Origin: Candidatus Latescibacterota bacterium
GTDB taxonomy: Bacteria; Latescibacterota; UBA2968; UBA8231
Length of the DNA stretch: 64,000 nucleotides
NCBI GenBank assembly: GCA_964291625.2
Contig: OZ220090.1
Coordinates: forward strand, 736,001-800,000
Reading direction: 5' to 3'
Shown: positions 61,202-64,000 of the stretch, in pieces
How positions within the stretch are numbered: position 1 is the stretch's first letter
How the letters are laid out: each line of letters starts with the position of its first letter
Made by a program: the position numbers and the translations under genes
The notes under the pieces: model-generated
The model's database searches: none
What the model was told of the DNA's origin: nothing
The model's input: the letters and a program-made list of their open reading frames with translations, nothing else

Positions 61202-61759
61202 CTAGTCCTGCATGAGTCCCAACCAGACCAGCAGGATGATCAGGGCGATGGTCGCCGCGTATCCCAGCCGCAGGAACCGATCGCGGAGCCGGGCCCCGTC
61301 GATGGACCGGGCCATCGGCCACCGCAGGGGGAGCAACGCCGCCTTGTCTCTCGGGGGCTCGTCGCCATCGCCTTGGAACCGGTGCGCGTCGATCAGGCGG
61401 ACCAGGGAAGGATCGTGCTCGGCGATGGCGCGCAGGATCGAGCGCTTGCGGCGCGCCACTCTCTCGGAGAGCTCCTTCGAGGACGCTCCCCGCCCCTCCT
61501 CCTCCGGCTCTTCGACATCGCCCACCGGAACCTCGCCCGGGCCTCCTTCGGCCCGGCCCGCGATGAGCACGGTCTGCTCGTGCGCCAGGCTCTCGGAGAG
61601 CTCGCTGACGACCGCTCGATCCTTGACGTTTTCCTGGATGACGGCGAAACAGGCGTCGATGAAGCGCTTGAAATCCTGCCGGATCTCCTGCTCGGAAAGG
61701 CCGAGGAGGTACGACTCCTCGATCATCTCCTCGATCGCCTCTTTGACCTTCGACGACAT
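61202..61759 (-). CDS. Hypothetical protein with a C-terminal transmembrane helix
   Basis: Helical acidic N-terminus, GC3-biased codons, terminal LGYAATIALIILLVWLGL; promoter upstream. Confidence 0.7.
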   Translation of the reverse strand: MSSKVKEAIEEMIEESYLLGLSEQEIRQDFKRFIDACFAVIQENVKDRAVVSELSESLAHEQTVLIAGRAEGGPGEVPVGDVEEPEEEGRGASSKELSERVARRKRSILRAIAEHDPSLVRLIDAHRFQGDGDEPPRDKAALLPLRWPMARSIDGARLRDRFLRLGYAATIALIILLVWLGLMQD

Positions 61760-61870
61760 TATCCTGAAGCTGCCCCGAGCGGAGAAAACCGGTGGTCCGG
61801 AGGCTCATTGGAAAAGGGCGGCCCCGAACGCGGGGCAGGGCGGATCTCTACCGGCAACAACAACCGGGTT

Positions 61871-61899
61871 ACGTTACTCGATCCCTCCGGGAGTGTCAA
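61871..61899 (-). promoter_or_regulatory. Sigma-70-type promoter upstream of the hypothetical-carB-TPR-pyrKD run
   Basis: Minus strand TTGACA-N17-TAACGT; the -35 box overlaps the nnr stop codon. Confidence 0.62.
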
Positions 61900-63467
61900 G
61901 AAACGGCCCTCTGTCCGGTGACCTCCAGCATGGCCCCCGGGATCCGCTCGGCGAGATCGGTGGCCCGCATCGACCGGGGCCCCAACTCATCTCGCGCGAG
62001 ATCGCCGGCGAGGCCGTGAACGAAGACGGCACAGGCCGCCGCCGCCAGGGACCCGGCCCCCTGTGCGAGGAAGCCCGCCACCAGTCCGGTGAGCACATCC
62101 CCCGACCCCGCCGTGGCCAGGCCGTCGTTGCCCGTTGGATTGACGAAGGTGCTCCCGTCGGGAGCGGCGACCACGGTGGGCGCCCCCTTGAGTACCAGAA
62201 CCACCGATCGGGAAGCCGCGTAATCCGCGGCCAGCCGAAGAGGATCCTCCGCGACCCGGTCGGGGTCGCACCCGCTGAGCCGCTGGAACTCCCCCGCATG
62301 GGGCGTCAGCACCCTCTCCGGACCCGGCGGCGGTCCATCTTCCGAGAGGGCGTACAACGCATCGGCGTCGATCACCGCCGGGGGGAGGTCGGGACGCGAC
62401 AGCAGGCGCCGCACCAGCTCGCCGGTCTCCCGGTGGCGGCCGAGTCCGGGGCCGATGGCCAGGGCCTGCGCCTTGTCCAGGAGTCGCTCCACCTCGCCGA
62501 GGGCCCTCAGCGACAGGCAGCGCGACCGGCGCACCTCCGGAAGGGGCCGGGTCATCACCTCTGTCAGCTTGATCTCCAGGATGTCGTGAAGGCTCGCCGG
62601 GGCCCCGAGCCGCACCCTCCCGGCTCCCGCCCTCAGCGCCGCGTCGGCCGTCAGGCAGGCGGCCCCCGTCATCCCCTCGGAACCGGCCACGACGGCTACG
62701 GTTCCGCAGGAACCTTTGTGGGCCACCGGGGACCGTCGCGGCAGGAGCCCGGCGATGCCCTCCCGGGTCAATAGATGGGTCGTGGCCGGGCAGTGGGCGA
62801 TGGCGGCATCCGGAAAACCGATATCCACCAGTTCCAGGGCCCCGCAATGGGCCCGTCCAGGGTGAAAGAGGTGGCCCACCTTCACCAGCCCGAAGGTGAC
62901 GGTCAGCGCTGCCCTCACGCATGCACCGGCTACCTCGCCCGTGTCCGCCCGAAGCCCGGAGGGCAGGTCGATGGCCACAACCGGCCGGCCGCAGTCGTTG
63001 ATGGCTTCGATGAGGCGCGCCGCCGTCGGGCGGGGCGGCCCCCGCAGGCCGGTTCCCAGCAGGGCATCCACCACGATGTCGGCCTCGCCGAGGGCTGCCG
63101 TGAGGTCTTCCGGAGGCGGCTGGACCACGGGGCCGGCCTGCGCTTCGAGCCGCTCGAGGTGATGGCCGGCATCTCCGGTGATCTGCTCCCGGGGCGCGGC
63201 GAGGTAGACGGCTGCGGGGACGCCCTCCTGCGCCAGGCGCCGCCCGACGACGAAGCCATCGCCGCCGTTGTTCCCCTTGCCGCAGACGACGGCGACGCTC
63301 AGGTCCTCCAGGCCGGACCAGCGCTCCTCCAGGGCGCGCACGACGCCGGCCCCGGCACGCTCCATCAACTCCGCTCCCGGCACACCCATCTCGATCGACA
63401 GGCGGTCGATGTCCGACATCTGCCCGCCGGTCACCAGCTTCGGGAATCCCATGGTCGCCAGGCTCAT
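61896..63467 (-). CDS. nnr: Bifunctional NAD(P)H-hydrate epimerase/dehydratase
   Basis: LMERAG, CGKGNNGGDG, DALLGTG, HKGSCG, TPHAGEF, ATAGSGDVLTG. Confidence 0.95.
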   Translation of the reverse strand: MSLATMGFPKLVTGGQMSDIDRLSIEMGVPGAELMERAGAGVVRALEERWSGLEDLSVAVVCGKGNNGGDGFVVGRRLAQEGVPAAVYLAAPREQITGDAGHHLERLEAQAGPVVQPPPEDLTAALGEADIVVDALLGTGLRGPPRPTAARLIEAINDCGRPVVAIDLPSGLRADTGEVAGACVRAALTVTFGLVKVGHLFHPGRAHCGALELVDIGFPDAAIAHCPATTHLLTREGIAGLLPRRSPVAHKGSCGTVAVVAGSEGMTGAACLTADAALRAGAGRVRLGAPASLHDILEIKLTEVMTRPLPEVRRSRCLSLRALGEVERLLDKAQALAIGPGLGRHRETGELVRRLLSRPDLPPAVIDADALYALSEDGPPPGPERVLTPHAGEFQRLSGCDPDRVAEDPLRLAADYAASRSVVLVLKGAPTVVAAPDGSTFVNPTGNDGLATAGSGDVLTGLVAGFLAQGAGSLAAAACAVFVHGLAGDLARDELGPRSMRATDLAERIPGAMLEVTGQRAVS

Positions 63468-63473
63468 GAAGAC

Positions 63474-64000
63474 TCAGTCGCGAGTGAGGCCGCGGACCAG
63501 GAAGTCGGCATAGGTCCTGGCCGTCTGCGCCAGATCCCGGAGGCTCACCCTCTCGTCGGCGCCGTGAGCCCGCTCGCCGTTCACCCCGTAGCCGATCCCG
63601 GGCATGCCCGCGTCGACGAAGTAGTGAAGGTCGGTGAATCCCGGGGTCACCCGGAACTCGACGGCGTGGCGGCGGACGGCGCGCACGCTGCGGGCGAAGG
63701 ATCTGGGCAGGATCCCGTCGCCACCGACGACGCAGGGCTCGATCCGCAGCAGCGGCCGCACCCGGTGGCGGGCCTCCGCCCGCGCGGCGGCCCTCGCCAG
63801 GGCCTCGACCAGCTCCGCCTCGGAGTCGGCCAGCCGCTCTCCGGGCACGAGGCGGCGGTCGATGGTGAAGGCCGCCTTGCCGGGAACGGTGTTCACCTTC
63901 TGGTCCGGGCCGCCGCGGACGACCCCCCCCACGTTGATGGTCGGTTGCCGGCTTCGCCCGTCGGGACCCTCCCAGCCTCGGGAGGGGTTGCCGAGCCGCC
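63474..64000 (-). CDS. M20/ArgE/DapE-family metallo-hydrolase, C-terminal part (5' end outside the window)
   Basis: Frame open to the window edge; TINVGG...KVNTVPG, DRRLVPGE, GFTD, AHGADE. Confidence 0.85.
   Translation of the reverse strand, partial: RLGNPSRGWEGPDGRSRQPTINVGGVVRGGPDQKVNTVPGKAAFTIDRRLVPGERLADSEAELVEALARAAARAEARHRVRPLLRIEPCVVGGDGILPRSFARSVRAVRRHAVEFRVTPGFTDLHYFVDAGMPGIGYGVNGERAHGADERVSLRDLAQTARTYADFLVRGLTRD

Overview
High-GC diderm bacterial chromosome segment. Gene content and lipoprotein style suggest the FCB group (Latescibacterota/Gemmatimonadota-like); this is inference only. About 29 kb (6.7-35.7 kb, all minus strand) is a fused translation/transcription superoperon: tRNA-Gly, tRNA-Thr, rpmG, tRNA-Trp, secE, nusG, rplKAJL, rpoBC, rpsLG, fusA, tuf, S10, spc and alpha operons. 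The flanks hold housekeeping and metabolic genes (ClpX-like ATPase, NtrC-like activator, rlmD, greA, ygfZ, dinB, FAD/FeS oxidoreductase, zapA, infC, PfkB kinase, MFS-HEAT fusion, glycosyltransferases, pcm, rlpA, pyrDK, carB, nnr). I saw no mobile element, CRISPR array, prophage or rRNA, and no clearly new multi-gene system. The most unusual features are: rplC removed from the S10 operon and standing alone 30 kb away with its own promoter; tRNA-Trp whose first two bases are part of the rpmG stop codon; RpoB substitutions at rifampicin-pocket residues (D516Q, S522D); a TPR lipoprotein fused to a TonB C-terminal domain and rich in D-S/T-hydrophobic O-glycosylation motifs, embedded in a pyrimidine operon; tandem NrdR-like boxes plus a leader terminator before zapA; a divergent RidA-fold protein; a pseudo-receiver sigma-54 activator; and no L10 leader.
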